Below, piece after piece: positions 25,320-37,640 of a DNA stretch of 64,000 bases. The DNA is from Raillietiella orientalis. Lineage: Eukaryota. The notes under the pieces are model-generated. The model made no database searches. It was not told the DNA's origin and was given only the letters and a program-made list of their open reading frames with translations. Made by a program: the position numbers and the translations under genes. Location of the stretch: NCBI GenBank assembly GCA_036172245.1, contig JAYWIR010000004.1:4464001-4528000 (forward strand). The letters run 5' to 3'. Every line of letters begins with the position of its first letter. The stretch's first letter is position 1.

Positions 25320-25600
25320 GAAATGGTACAAATGGTTATAGACTTAGGAATAATAACCGTGGAGATTCGTTTCAATCGAGGGTGTTTTTTCAGAAGTTTG
25401 TTGAGATTGGAAATAGTGATGTTGGGGAGGTTAGAATGTTTTTTTGGGAGAAGTGAATGTAAGCGTAAATAAATATGCAAGCACGAGATTTTGATTTTGA
25501 TGATGATACTTTATGAGGAGGTGATGAGTGGTTGATCTTGATTTTGGAGGTGTTAGGGAAAAGAAAAGGGATGAAATCATTTAAAGCAGTGTGAATGTAA
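25320..25600 (+). pseudogene. ND4L: NUMT: ND4L-like copy 1 of a diverged tandem duplication
   Basis: FFSSLLSLEMVML motif. Upstream attatggttatgcaagg..tttaagtt is repeated ~480 bp later. Confidence 0.6.
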
Positions 25601-25809
25601 TGTAATGAGGATGGTGATGGTATTATGGGATAATAGTGAACAAGAGAGCTATGATTATGGGGATTATGGGATTAGTATAGGAGAGGAATAAGGAGGGTGT
25701 TATAATTATGGCTATGCAAGAGGATTTGTTGACATAGGTTTAAGTTAAGGTAATAGGTATCTGCAGGGGTTAATTATTGTAAGTGCTAAATTCAGAACTA
25801 ACCAATAAT

Positions 25810-26090
25810 GAAAATAGGAATGATGGTTGTGCTTGGTTAGGATCGCGAAGATTTTATACAAATAAGGGGAATCTTCTGAGAAGTTTATTAAGATCAGAAA
25901 TGATAATGCTCCGGAGGTTAGGGTGTTTGTTTTTTGATGGGGGCAAGTGCATGGGGAATGAATGGGGGATTTTGATTTTGGGGGGATTCCGTCCGATTTT
26001 GTGAGTCAGGCGAGATTATGGTAATGATTATTTCGGTCTGTTAGTGTTATTCGATGTTAAGATTGATGGCTCTTTTTACTGTTAATGATG
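25810..26090 (+). pseudogene. ND4L: NUMT: ND4L-like copy 2
   Basis: KGNLLSSLLSSEMMML (cf. KHLLxxLLSLE), directly before ND4. Confidence 0.65.
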
Positions 26091-27210
26091 GTGAGTGTAT
26101 GGATATGATGAGGAGTGGTGTGTTGGAGTGTATTATTTTTGTGAATGATGAGGCGATTGAATAGAGAGCAATATTTGGGGAGGGTGGAATGGTCGATGGG
26201 GCAAGATATTGTTTGTTAGTGACGATTGTAGTATCATCATTTGTAAGGTAGGATGGGTTGTGGTTGTGAGAGTGGTATTCAGTGTTATAGAGCTGTATAG
26301 ATTAATGAGGGATGATATTTTTATGCTTTACGTATTCGTTGGAAGTGGAATGGTTCCTATGGTAGTGATTGTGGCGTGATGGGGTTAAGGGGAAAGTGCG
26401 AAAAACTATATGCTTGTGTATATAGTTTTTCGTAGCGATGGTGGAAAGGAAGTTTGGGAGCAGAGGGGTGATGTTAGTTCTGTATTTTTTGTGAAATTAC
26501 CAGTATGTGGGGTGCATTTGTGGCATCCTGAGGTTCATGTGGAGTCGGTTTCTTATGGTTCAACGATTCTTACAGGATTTATGATGAAGTTGAAGGGTTA
26601 TGAGTTGGTATGGTTATTTAGAACATGTAAGGGACTATAGGGATTTACTTGTTAAGAATTAGGATGGTAGCTGGTGTAATGAGGGGTTTAATGTGGTTTT
26701 GAAAGGTAGATTCTAAGGTAATTATAACTTATTCCTTAATTTGTTATATAAGGGTAATTATAGTTAGAAGATTGGAGGGCAAAGAAATGAGGGTGATAGG
26801 GTATGTCTTGTTAACAGCGACTCATTATGTTTCATGTGGTTTTTCTTGCTTAGAGGGTTGAGTGACTGGGGAGGCATTCAATAAATTTTAGAGGTGATCT
26901 AAAGACAGGATTTGATAGTGTGGAAAGTGGATTATAGTTTTGTGTTTGTTTAATATTCATGTTCATTGAGATTGAGGTGAATTGGGGAAGATTGTTATTT
27001 ATATGGGAATGGTAGGTGTAGTAGTTTATGTAGTGTTATGTTTAGACATAGTTATGTTAGTGGAGAGGACTGGCATGCGTGTATTATGATTAATGACTCA
27101 TGGAAGGATAGTTGTAAAGGGAGGATATAGGGTGATGATAAAGGATTTATATGTTATTGTTATTTACATAATGACAAGAGTGACTAGAATGATAATAATT
27201 ATGTGCTGAT
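26090..27210 (+). pseudogene. ND4: NUMT: ND4 pseudogene
   Basis: VKLPVCGVHLWHPEVHVES..GSTILTG..KLKGY (cf. HLWLPKAHVEAP..LKLGGYG) and VDSKVIMTYS (cf. DLKSLIAYSS). Confidence 0.85.
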
Positions 27211-27269
27211 GTCAAAATGGTTTAATGAGAATAACAGTTTGTGGTATCATGGGTAGTTTTGGCTTTGAT

Positions 27270-27560
27270 TTATATAGTAAGGTTAGTTGGAATAATGATT
27301 GTGAATTGAGCTTATGAGTTGTGTGATGGAATAGTGTTGTAGTATTGGAGTGGATTGTTATGCGTGGGAGGATTAGGTATGGGTGCATTGTTTATTTTGG
27401 ATTATAAATGTTTGTTTGTGGGAGGATTAGAATGGCGTATGTTCTAGTAGTATCTTTGTTAGTAGTACCATTCATGGATCTGTGGCCGAGCATATGTAGT
27501 GTGAAGAAAGCATTTTGTATTGTTGATGTTCTGATTTATAGGAAGGAGTGTATTATTAAT
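27270..27560 (+). pseudogene. NUMT: probable ND5 5' end
   Basis: The G/T-skewed tract continues after ND4. Inferred from position and hydrophobic codons; motifs are weak. Confidence 0.4.
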
Positions 27561-28320
27561 TGAAAGAATGCCGAGCAATATGTGTCCAATTCTCCATACT
27601 CATTTAGTTTTCCACATTGATTCTCCCTAATCATTTTGCTTTCCTACACTTTTCATGCCAAACATGCTAGTGGACCTTCATTAGAGGAAAGCATGTTGGA
27701 ATTCTTTTATGTATTTGATAAAAATGAATGGCCTGTCCTATCTGAAATTAAGAATGAAACTATTGACTTCAATCATCAGTTGCATCTCTGAATTTCTGAA
27801 TCTCAGAACCAATCATAAGAAATGCTGCTAGTGCTGCACATTCTCTGAAATATCATTCTTTGATCATTTCTATTCATCTTGCAGTGTTTGTCTCCCACAT
27901 GTTGCCCCTAAATTCACTATGGATTACGAAAATGGAAACGAACACTTCTATCTCTTTTTATAACCCTATCACTATCTTGAAAAAAAACCCGCAGTTGTTA
28001 ACATGTTAGAGCTAAAATTTCAACCCTTGCATTAATATTTGGATGCTCATATGGAACCCTCAAATGGAGTGAGACTCACTAATGGCGTGTTTCGTCTGTT
28101 CAAAAAAACCCTGTGCCTTTTATGTATTAAGACCCAACAGTGAGCTGCTTTTGTATACAATTAGGTGATATGCCTATTTATTCAAACGGCTTGCTCATGC
28201 TGAGCTTTCGAAAGAACTTTTAGAAAAGCACACTCAGCGCCTCCCTGCTTTTAGGGATGGATAGAACGGAGATCACATTCCAGCATGATTAATCATGCTG
28301 ATTAATCACATTCCAGCATG

Positions 28321-28822
28321 CTACCTTTCCTGAAATTCGCAGTGATCCTATTTATTTTTCAAAAATCTTTTTGTCTTCTGATCATTGTTCCATGTCAGAT
28401 TAAGAGTCAATTCACAATTCAATTTATCTTGACTTTTTCTCATATTTCTAAACCATTCTCTATATAAGTACCACTTCTTAACACTATCCTCCTAAGATCA
28501 GGCATGTCAGTCATATGACAATATCATTCCCTCTTAAAATCTTTTTTCTCTCTCATACTAATTTCCTATTTGTTACCATTACTATCGGCTTTTCATTTAT
28601 CACTCAAATTATGGAATATCGTATATTTAGATAATTCATTACGGGTTCCATCTTTGGTTTCACATTTTTCATTGCTACAGGATTGCATGGTCTTCACATC
28701 ATTGCTGGTCTCCCTCTCATCACCACGGACCTCTCTCTTATAAACATCATCTTTGAAATTCCTCTATGACATTGACATTTGGTTTGAGTCGTATTTGTCT
28801 TCCTGTTCCTATATCTATGATC
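28321..28822 (+). pseudogene. COX3: NUMT: COX3 pseudogene (3' two-thirds)
   Basis: LKFAVILFIF, NTILLSSG, GSIFGFTFFIATGLHGLHI and W.WH motifs. Confidence 0.9.
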
Positions 28823-29195
28823 TCTTTTAGTATGCATGCTACAAATAACCTCCAATTATTAAGAAATAGAATAGTTTTCCTTGTGTGATATAACACATTA
28901 TTCCTTCAAAGCAAAAATCTTACGAGTTAAGCTTATGCATACCACTGTTGATCTTATTTTCCCAACTCAAATGACCATATCAATACTAAATTGTCCAGTA
29001 TTTTCCTAAGAATTTTAAATGCTTCGTTCTATTTATAAGCTGAAATGACATTAAAATTACAGTTAAAGTGACACATTTGTTTTGCAGAAACAAAAATTCC
29101 TAATTTTACTTAAAAAAAGAATTATGGCACTTAGTAATTTGTTAATCATTCACTTACTTAAGGGGATAACTTCAAGGACTCATAATCTTTAACTA
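28823..29195. pseudogene. NUMT: cluster of degenerate mitochondrial tRNA-like sequences between COX3 and ND3
   Basis: Anticodon-loop-like motifs (ataacctccaattat Gly-like, tttgttttgcagaaacaaa, aaggactcataatcttt Met-like). Individual identities are uncertain. Confidence 0.45.
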
Positions 29196-29525
29196 GTGGT
29201 TTTACCATTTTGTCTCTTCAACCTTTTACCTTCCCTCTTAACTATTCTTATCATCACTTATATTCATTAAACCCACTCTACCATTTAACTGCAATACTTC
29301 ATCTCCTTTCGAATGTGGATTCAATCTCTAAACCATTGCACGTCTCCCATTCTCCATACAATTCCTTCTAATCGCTACTATTTTCTTAGTCTCTGACACT
29401 TCGATCATACTCCCTTCACCTCTTTTTCCGTTTCTCATTTTCATAGGCATTTCATGATTATCATGAATTCTTCTTATCTTAGTCTTAGAATATAAATTAC
29501 CGACTCGATCTATTTCATGAGTATT
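29195..29525 (+). pseudogene. ND3: NUMT: ND3 pseudogene
   Basis: SPFECGFNL*TIARLPFSMQFLLIATIFLVSD. Confidence 0.9.
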
Positions 29526-29779
29526 CTAAGACATAAATTCGACCTAATCTTTAACTCTTGTCTTTTCAAACCACTAATCATTTAGAAGTTGGTAACTATA
29601 AAAAATAACTGAGCCTTCAATTCCAAATCAATTTCCTAGAGATATTCCTCAACATAAAGTTAAAATTTTACTTCTTCCGGATTCTAAGACGAACCCATTG
29701 CTACCCTAATTCAAACTACTATTCATTAACCTACAGTAAGAATGTCAACACATTCGATCCAAAAATCTTAAACCTTATT

Positions 29780-30720
29780 AGACTAAAGCGATTCATCTTA
29801 AATAACAAACAATAAAGTATAATATAAAATATTTCATCCATAACATATAAACAATATTTCCCCTTATAATCTTGTTACTACCCTAACATATCCCACCCTC
29901 ACTCCATTCATCCCTTATGAACTAATTCGCTTATCCTACTAATCTGCATTAAACAATTCCTCCCTATTAAGTCTCATTAACTGTAACCCTATAATTACTA
30001 TTACTTCTCCAGCCTTTCACCATTAACCTCATCATCCTGACCAACACCCAACCAAAAGTCATACAATCGCTATATATTTTTCTATAATAGACAACCAGCA
30101 TCTCCTCCATAATTATTCCACCTCCCTTTACCACTAAAAAGCTCAAAATTATTAAAGAAAGCACTATACCCAATTCTCATCTCAATGTTCCCTTCCACTC
30201 CCTAGCGTTTCCTTTAAATAATAACCACTTTCACATTCGATACCCGTAAATAATCCTAAATATAAACCACTCTTAAAAATGTAAATCTATCCCTTATACC
30301 CCGCAAATGTTGTTTTCCATCACATCCATGAATTACTAATCTCCCACACAAAAACATCAAAGACTTAAATACCGGATGAGTCAAAAAAAGATAAAACTGC
30401 CCTTATACTGAATCCCAGCCCTATAAATATCGTACCAATTGCCTCAATGTTGAATACAGGATAAATTTTTTTACATCAGCTTTTACCTTTCCCCGTACTT
30501 CCCGAATATACCTTCGACACTAACCAACATACACTATTATAACATCATCCATTACCCCAACACCCTTAAACCAGATCATCAACTACATTCCTTCAGTAAC
30601 TAAAGTAGATGAATGGACCAAAGCTGATACCAGTACAGGTGCCGTCATAGCTTCTGGTAGTCGAGCACTTTATGACAATTGCTTTCTCTTAGTGATTAAT
30701 TAATGCAACTACTCAAAACA
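29780..30720 (-). pseudogene. ND5: NUMT: ND5 pseudogene (central and 3' part)
   Basis: ITKSKQLS*SARLPEAMTAPVLVSALVHSSTLVTEG and IHGCDGKQHLRG. Confidence 0.9.
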
Positions 30721-30729
30721 CAACCATCA

Positions 30730-31450
30730 ACCGCTAAAAACATATAATTTCAACAGTCTTTCAGTACCATTTGTCCAACATCCGTCAACAAAATTCTACT
30801 CCCAAGACGATTACTGAAAAACTTGATGGTGCCACTACAGCCGGAATCACGACCCATATAAAAAATCCCTAATCAATAAAAAAAGGATCCCCAATCCATC
30901 GTCACCCTAGAATAATGCTCTCCATCTTCCCACTCACAGTTAGCAGCGCTATCCTCCCTACAAACCAAAATACCAAAAGCACATAGCACTTTATGAATTA
31001 CCCATATTATCAACGATAAGACATAACCAACCATACCTCTGAAACATACTCCGCAAATAATAAATATTTATAATCTAAAATAAATATTGTACCCCATTCG
31101 AAACTTCTACTTTCATTATCGCTCAATTTAACATTATAACTATTCCAACCTGCAAACCCACATTTACCATTATCCCAAACAAACCCATTATATACATTAA
31201 CGCCTAAACTACCTACGATACCACAAATCGTCAATCTCATTAAACTACTATGGCACCAGTTCAGCCCTCTAAGGAAAAATAAACAGACGGGTCCCACCAT
31301 TAACATCACACACCCTATCATTTGTATTTCCACCCTTCCCCCTGTTCTCCCACCTACGATCACTTTGATTAAAGAAATTAAAGAATACGTCAGAGCCACA
31401 TTATGATATCCACTAAACTCAAGAAACCATTAGCCGGAAGATTTTATGCA
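30730..31450 (-). pseudogene. NUMT: highly diverged ND1-like sequence between ND5 and ND4 pieces
   Basis: LLFAEYVS (cf. FFLAEY) and GYHNVALTYS (cf. GLRAVAQTIS); same strand skew as neighbours. Confidence 0.4.
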
Positions 31451-31459
31451 ATAATTACA

Positions 31460-32360
31460 CTAACTCAGCTCCCATAACTTCACCACAATCCTTGCAAGAA
31501 TCATTGAACCATAAGAAACCGACTCCACATGAACCTCAGGATGCCACAAATGCACCTCACATACTGGTACTTTCACAAAAAATACTCCAACTAACGTCAC
31601 CCCTCTCCTTTCAAACTTCCTTTCCACCATCGCTTCGATCAATCTCACAAAATTCATCACTCCAGGCAAAAAAGAAACAGCAGAGGTCTAAAAACTGTAT
31701 ACACAATATATAGTTTTTCGCGCTTTCCCCTTAACCCCATCACGCCACAATCACTACCATAGGAACCATTCCACTTCCAACGAATACGTAAAGCATAAAA
31801 ATATCATCCCTCATTAATCTATACAGCTCTATAACACTGAATACCACTCTCACAACCACAACCCATCCTACCTTACAAATGATGATACTACAATCGTCAC
31901 TAACAAACAATATCTTGCCCCATCGACCATTCCACCCTCCCCAAATATTGCTCTCTATTCAATCGCCTCATCATTCACAAAAATAATACACTCCAACACA
32001 CCACTCCTCATCATATCCATACACTCACCATCATTAACAGTAAAAAGGGCCATCAATCTTAACATCGAATAACACTAACAGACCGAAATAATCATTACCA
32101 TAATCTCGCCTGACTCACAAAATCGGACGGAATCCCCCCAAAATCAAAATCCCCCATTCATTCCCCATGCACTTGCCCCCATCAAAAAACAAACACCCTA
32201 ACCTCCGGAGCATTATCATTTCTGATCTTAATAAACTTCTCAGAAGATTCCCCTTATTTGTATAAAATCTTCGCGATCCTAACCAAAGCACAACCATCAT
32301 TCCTATTTTCATTATTGGTTAGTTCTGAATTTAGCACTTACAATAATTAACCCCTGCAGA
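31460..32360 (-). pseudogene. ND4: NUMT: inverted second copy of ND4L + ND4 5' half
   Basis: Reverse complement of ~25760-26610; VKVPVCEVHLWHPEVHVES. Confidence 0.9.
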
Positions 32361-34289
32361 CCTTCAATCATCTACTTAATTCAAAGATATTTGAATGGAA
32401 CAACGCCTATTCAAAGCACCTTGCTTGATCCAACAACATTAGACAGAAGCCGAAGAATTGAGAAAACGTAGTACGTGAGAGAGGTCGAAGGAAGGCCATC
32501 GTTGAGCCGTGTAGTTTACCCAAAACATCTTTAAGGACTTTTTGATTTCTCTTGCAGATGAAAGCACTTCGTCGCACTTCATATGCCAATGCAATAGAAA
32601 GCTCGAAGGAACCCCAGACTTTGTATGAGCAATACGAAGATTGCTCTGGCGTTACTAGAGATGGTCAACATCGGTTCCTTAGTTCCTGAATGACTTATGA
32701 GTGACTAACCAGCAATTAGGCAAGAGGCAAGAAGCCTTTTTCTTCCTCATTTCTTCTGTGGATTTGGCGTTCACAATTCAACCCATTTGCATTCCTGTAA
32801 TCCGACTTAGCTTGAGTTTGCCAACTCGTCTATTGATATCAACACCAAGGAAGATCGTTGAGACCAGAGCATAATGGAAAGTCTGGCTGAAAAATGGATT
32901 TCATTGGTCTTCTGGAAACTAATTTTTAATTGTTTTGTGCCCTCTTTTAGTGTGATCAGCGATGGCAGCATGTGGTGCAGGCATTCAAGTAACAGGAAGA
33001 GTCTATGATAAGGACAGAAAGTGAGGAGTAAAACTGGACAATGAGGGTGAGGATGGAAACTATCTCTTATAGGTTGGGGCATCCATCGGAATTCCCTTGG
33101 TTGGACACCTTCAGGCATCTTCATAGTTCTGGGAGGAGCTTCACCTTTAGCATCGGATTGCCCTCCGAGTTCTGAATCCATCAACATCTGGGACCGATTC
33201 CACGCTCTCCAGGTTCCTCAGTTTTGAGCTAAGGTGGGGGGAGGGTGGGGGGAGGAATCCTCACCGTCCTGTGGTCTGTACACGAGGATTCAGGGTCTTG
33301 TTCCCTCTAAAAAACGCGGTTCGCTCTAAAGATGACTCTTTGGAGTCGGTCTTGGAGCTTTTAAAGCACAGCGATCAAATCTCGTAGTCTCGCACATCCT
33401 CCACTGGCGCAAGACGCACGGAGACACGCGTCATTCCAGAAGAATCCTCCGAACTTCTTCGAGTTTCCTGCGGATCCTGTCTGGACGGCTATTCTTCTCG
33501 GTTCATCCTTACGGGATTCTCCTTCGCTTCCAGGAAACGATGCTCGAAATCCCATTAGGAGGCTGTGCTTCCCTCGCTCGAGTGGATTCTGTCAGCACCG
33601 GGAAAGGGTGTGCCTTTCAAAGTTCCAGGAAGAAACCGGGGGCCTGTGGCACTTCTCTTCCTGACTGGTTTACAGTGCAAAGTGCAAGAATCATGTTTGG
33701 AACTTTCTATCGTAAAGCCCACGATTTTTGGGGAGGGAGAGGGGAATGAGGTGCTTCCATTTTTCAGGAGTCGCCGGCAGAGGATTTAAAAAAAAAAAAA
33801 TGCCTGAGTCTTCCATTATCTTGTCATTTCCGGTCTGTCAGATCTGATGTCATCTAGAAAGGGCCATCAGCTCCCTCCTCCCTTCTTTGCTATGTCTCCG
33901 ATTTCTTTCAGCATGCGACCAGCGCGATGGTGAAAACCAGCAAAGTAAAAATGAAGAGGGCAGGCAAAACGCCGACCTTCTGGAGCACACAGAAGCTCGT
34001 TTTTCATCAGCAGTCTCTCTGATCAACCCCAAGATAACTGAGGGATACGATTTGAGAATTAAGCAGAGGAGTGCTATCAGGAGGAGGATGGCCATCTGTT
34101 CAAGATGTCTGGGAGGTCGATGAGACCAAGTTGTACGTGCTTGTAACTAAGCCCATGACGTCTTGAAGAAGATGGAAAGGGGGTGATGCAAGAAGCTACT
34201 CAATCGAAGGAAGCACGAAGTAAAGATTTGGCAGCAAGGGGGGAAGATGCTAGCTATTAAATCCTCAGCTGCAGGGATGCAGGGCATTC

Positions 34290-37200
34290 GATGGTAAATG
34301 TGAAAGTGGGAAAAGTGGTATCATTTCCTGGAATTTTGCAGAAGAACGCAAGTGATCGTAACCGTAAAAAAAGGAAGTGCGGGCCCACTCGGCAGCCGAC
34401 GACATGCTTGCGCTGGCTAATCCGGTGGGCTGACGAAGGATGGCCAGCTTCTCCAACTCTCGGTGGGCCTTGTCGATGGCGCGGGTGCAACACACGGTTG
34501 CAACGAGAGCACTTAGGTGCTCTCTTTGTCTTTAGAGACAGGCCGCCTGGCGTGAAGAAGCGGCGCATCAAGTCCCTCGCGGTGTCCCCCTGGTGCAGGA
34601 GAGCTGAGGCCAGCCTCCGCCAAAGTCCTAGGAGGGCACCGCAGTCCAGGAGCAGGTGCGGGAGCGTTTCCACTTCCCCGCACCGCTTGCAGTTTGGGGA
34701 GACAACTCCCCCGGAAACAAGGTTCGTGCGCTGGTTGGAGTGAAAACCCCAATGCCCCAGCATGATCACGTCCTGTTTCCACGAAAGGGGGAACACAGAA
34801 GTGTTCAAACAGGAGGGAGGGACCACAAGTTCTTCGGGGGCCACACTCAAGTGTTCACTCCATCGAAGAAGTCCCTTCGGGATGTGGCGAGGCGTGGCGG
34901 CGTCTGCCAGCTCGCAAGTCCTCCTGCCGCCAATGGGTCGTGTTGTTCCTGCGATGGTGCAGGCGACCTCCCATCTCGCCGGTTCGCAGCTGTCATCTCT
35001 TGCCCTGAGGGCTGACAGCGCGTCGGTGAGGGGCGTGACGGCCAGGCGAGTCCACTTCTCCTGGCTGTTGCACACCTCATCCACCGTGCAGTACGGGGAG
35101 AGGTGAGCGCAACGGAGTTCCAGGAGGGAAACATCCTGGTGCTTTGCCCAGCCATGCAACGGTTCCTGCCGCCAGGATTCAAAGTTCGTTGGGCGGCAGG
35201 AGATCCATTCCTGGTCTGCCAGGAGCCGGTGGAGCGGTTTCAACGGGAAACCGAAGCTATTCGTGGAGCGCTCCGTGTGCGGCCGGAGCGACAGAAGTCC
35301 ATCGCTGCCGGTGCAGCGCCGCAGGAGCAGGCGCGCGGGAGCGCACCACGGAGTGGACCAAAGGTTGGCGCACAGGGCCGACATCCGAAGCTGCACCTGC
35401 AGCTCGATTTTCTCCAGCGTCAGGATGCCTAAGCCAGCATCCCGACGCGGAGCCGCCAAGTCTTTGAGGCGGATCCTGGACCTCGCAGGTCCCCACAGAG
35501 CGTTCCTCAACAGGCTGTGCGCCTGGAGCTTGGCCGAGTAGGGGGGCGGGCAAACAAAAAGCAAGGGGCGCAAGAGGGGGGCAATGAAGGTGTTCCATAT
35601 CGTGGCCCGCTCCGGCAGGACGAACCTGCCATGGTGGAACGGGCTCAGAGCACTCGTAGCCTTCCGAAGGCAGTCCGACCACACTTCCACTGGGCTGATG
35701 TTCCCCAGCGGAACGCCCAGGTATTGGATGGACGAAGCGGTCAGGATCCCCAGGCGGATCCAGTCGGACTGCCCCTCCCACGCCGCACCAATAGGTACGA
35801 CCACGCTCTTGCTCCGGTTTACGCTCATGCCGGCTCCCCGGCGAATCAGCTCGAAGGAATCCTCGAGACTGGACGCCGGGGTGGTCATGGGTAAAAGGAG
35901 AAGCAGGTCGTCAGCATAGGCCGCCACGGACGGCGTTCCTGGACAAGAGCTCGGCAGGTTGGCCAGCGTCAGCCTGTACGCCTTGCGCTTCTTGAGGCCC
36001 GCTATGGCGGAAGACACTTCTTCCGCCGTGAAGGGCAAGTCAAGAGTGGCGCGTTCCTCCTCGTCGACCGCAGGGGAATCCGCCGGCAGAAGCAGCTCCG
36101 AGAGACTGCGTTCCGTCGGCTCCCTAGCATACAACGAGGAGTAGTAGCGCTTTAGGAGGCGGCGAACACCGGCCGCGCCCGAGCACTCCAGGTCCTGGTC
36201 GTCGAGCAGACAAGCCGCTCCTGACTGCCAGACCTGGCGCTCGGCCTTGGCCTTGTACTCCTCAAGGTACCGGACGTCCGGGCATCGGGAGAATTGGCGG
36301 GCCTGCAGAAACTCTCTGCTGTTGGCCACACCTTCTCCGAAGCCACGGGGAAGCAGGCGCAAGGGGAACCGGCTGCAGAACTCGCAGACCGATCTTTTCA
36401 GATCGTCCCAGTCCACGAGCTCCCGAACGGTCAAGCTCCGGAGATGCTGGCGGAGGTGCTCCGCAGCCACCGGATTTCTTAGCCAGTCGACCGGCAACCT
36501 CCAGACGTGCGTCGGAGGACCCTTGCCAGGCGGGAGTAGCTCCAACTCCAGCCTGTGGTGGTCGGAAAGCTCAGACGGCACGGGACCTCTTCGACCCACC
36601 CGACAATGCAGGTGATCGTCGAGGAACACATGGTCCGGCAAAGCACTCATCCCGGGATCGTCGGCCAGCAAATTCGAAGCGTGCACTGACGCGCACACCT
36701 CGTTCACCAGCCGCTCCTCCCGCCGAAGGTGTCTCCTCCGATAGCGCGTGGAGGTTAAAGTCCCTGGCAACAAGGTGAGCCACGTCGGGGCCGGAGTTGC
36801 TGAGCCAGCGGTCGCACAGTCTCTCGAAAAACTCCAGTTTCTCGGTGTGACGCGCGGAGCCGCACGGCGCGTACACGTTCGTGACGACAAGGTCGATCGA
36901 TTCGAACCACTTGAGAACAAGTTGGCCCACACGACCTTCCTCGTCGAAACAAACGTTCCGCACTGCCCCCACCACCCTGCTCCGGACAAGGAATGCTACT
37001 CCGCAAGTATTCTGGGAGCCTGACCTCCAATGGAGCGTCCCGCCAGCGCGAACTTCCAGATCGGCCGCTTGCTGCTCGGAGAGTGCGTGAATCTCCTGCA
37101 GCAAGGCCAGGTCGAAGTCGCGCAAGACGTTGGCAACCAATCGACTCTTCTCGTTGTCCTGCAGCCCGTTGACGTTCCAACAGGCCACTCGGACGCGACG

Positions 37201-37640
37201 AGAAGATGCGAGTCCGCGCATTGCTGCTATGGACATGGAGGTGCGTTCCTCGCCCTGTCCGGCGAGGCATCAGCCGGGAGCACGGCGGATGGGGGAGCGC
37301 AAGCGCTTCCTGTCTCCGCCGCGCCGCTCGCGGCTGGCTCGGTGGAGTCGAGGACCATTGCCTCGGGCTCCGAGGAGCATCGGGAACCGTTCCCGGCATC
37401 AGGCTCTTGCCTGGCAAGTTTCGGCTTGCGCGCAGCCCTGGCGTTGACCGGGGCTTGGCGAGCCTTTGCGCTGCCTTCGGACTCCACCTCGGAGTCCGAA
37501 TTCCGCGCGCGCGGCGGGCGTTGTGGGCGTTTCATACTCTTGTTGTGGGTACTGTCGTAGAACACGTGCACGCTGTTTGTCGTAAAACGGTACCCACAAC
37601 GCGAATGTGTCGCTTGCTCCCAAAGGCACCGAAGATGGCT
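34290..37640 (-). mobile_element. L1/Tx1-like retrotransposon: ORF1 C-terminus + frameshifted ORF2 (APE, RT with internal deletion, zf-RVT)
   Basis: APE motifs CWNVNGL, LLQEIH, CGVAFL, NVYAP, RDFN, SDH; then LPFTAEEV, AYADD, GMSVNRSKS, YLGV, CKRCGEVETLPHLLLDC. ORF1 stop (37227) overlaps the ORF2 start (37236). Confidence 0.92.

Noticed and set aside
21590..32360. Authentic mitochondrial genome mis-assembled into the scaffold
   Set aside because: Stops, frameshifts, a TSD-flanked hAT MITE and an LTR fragment inside genes indicate nuclear residence.
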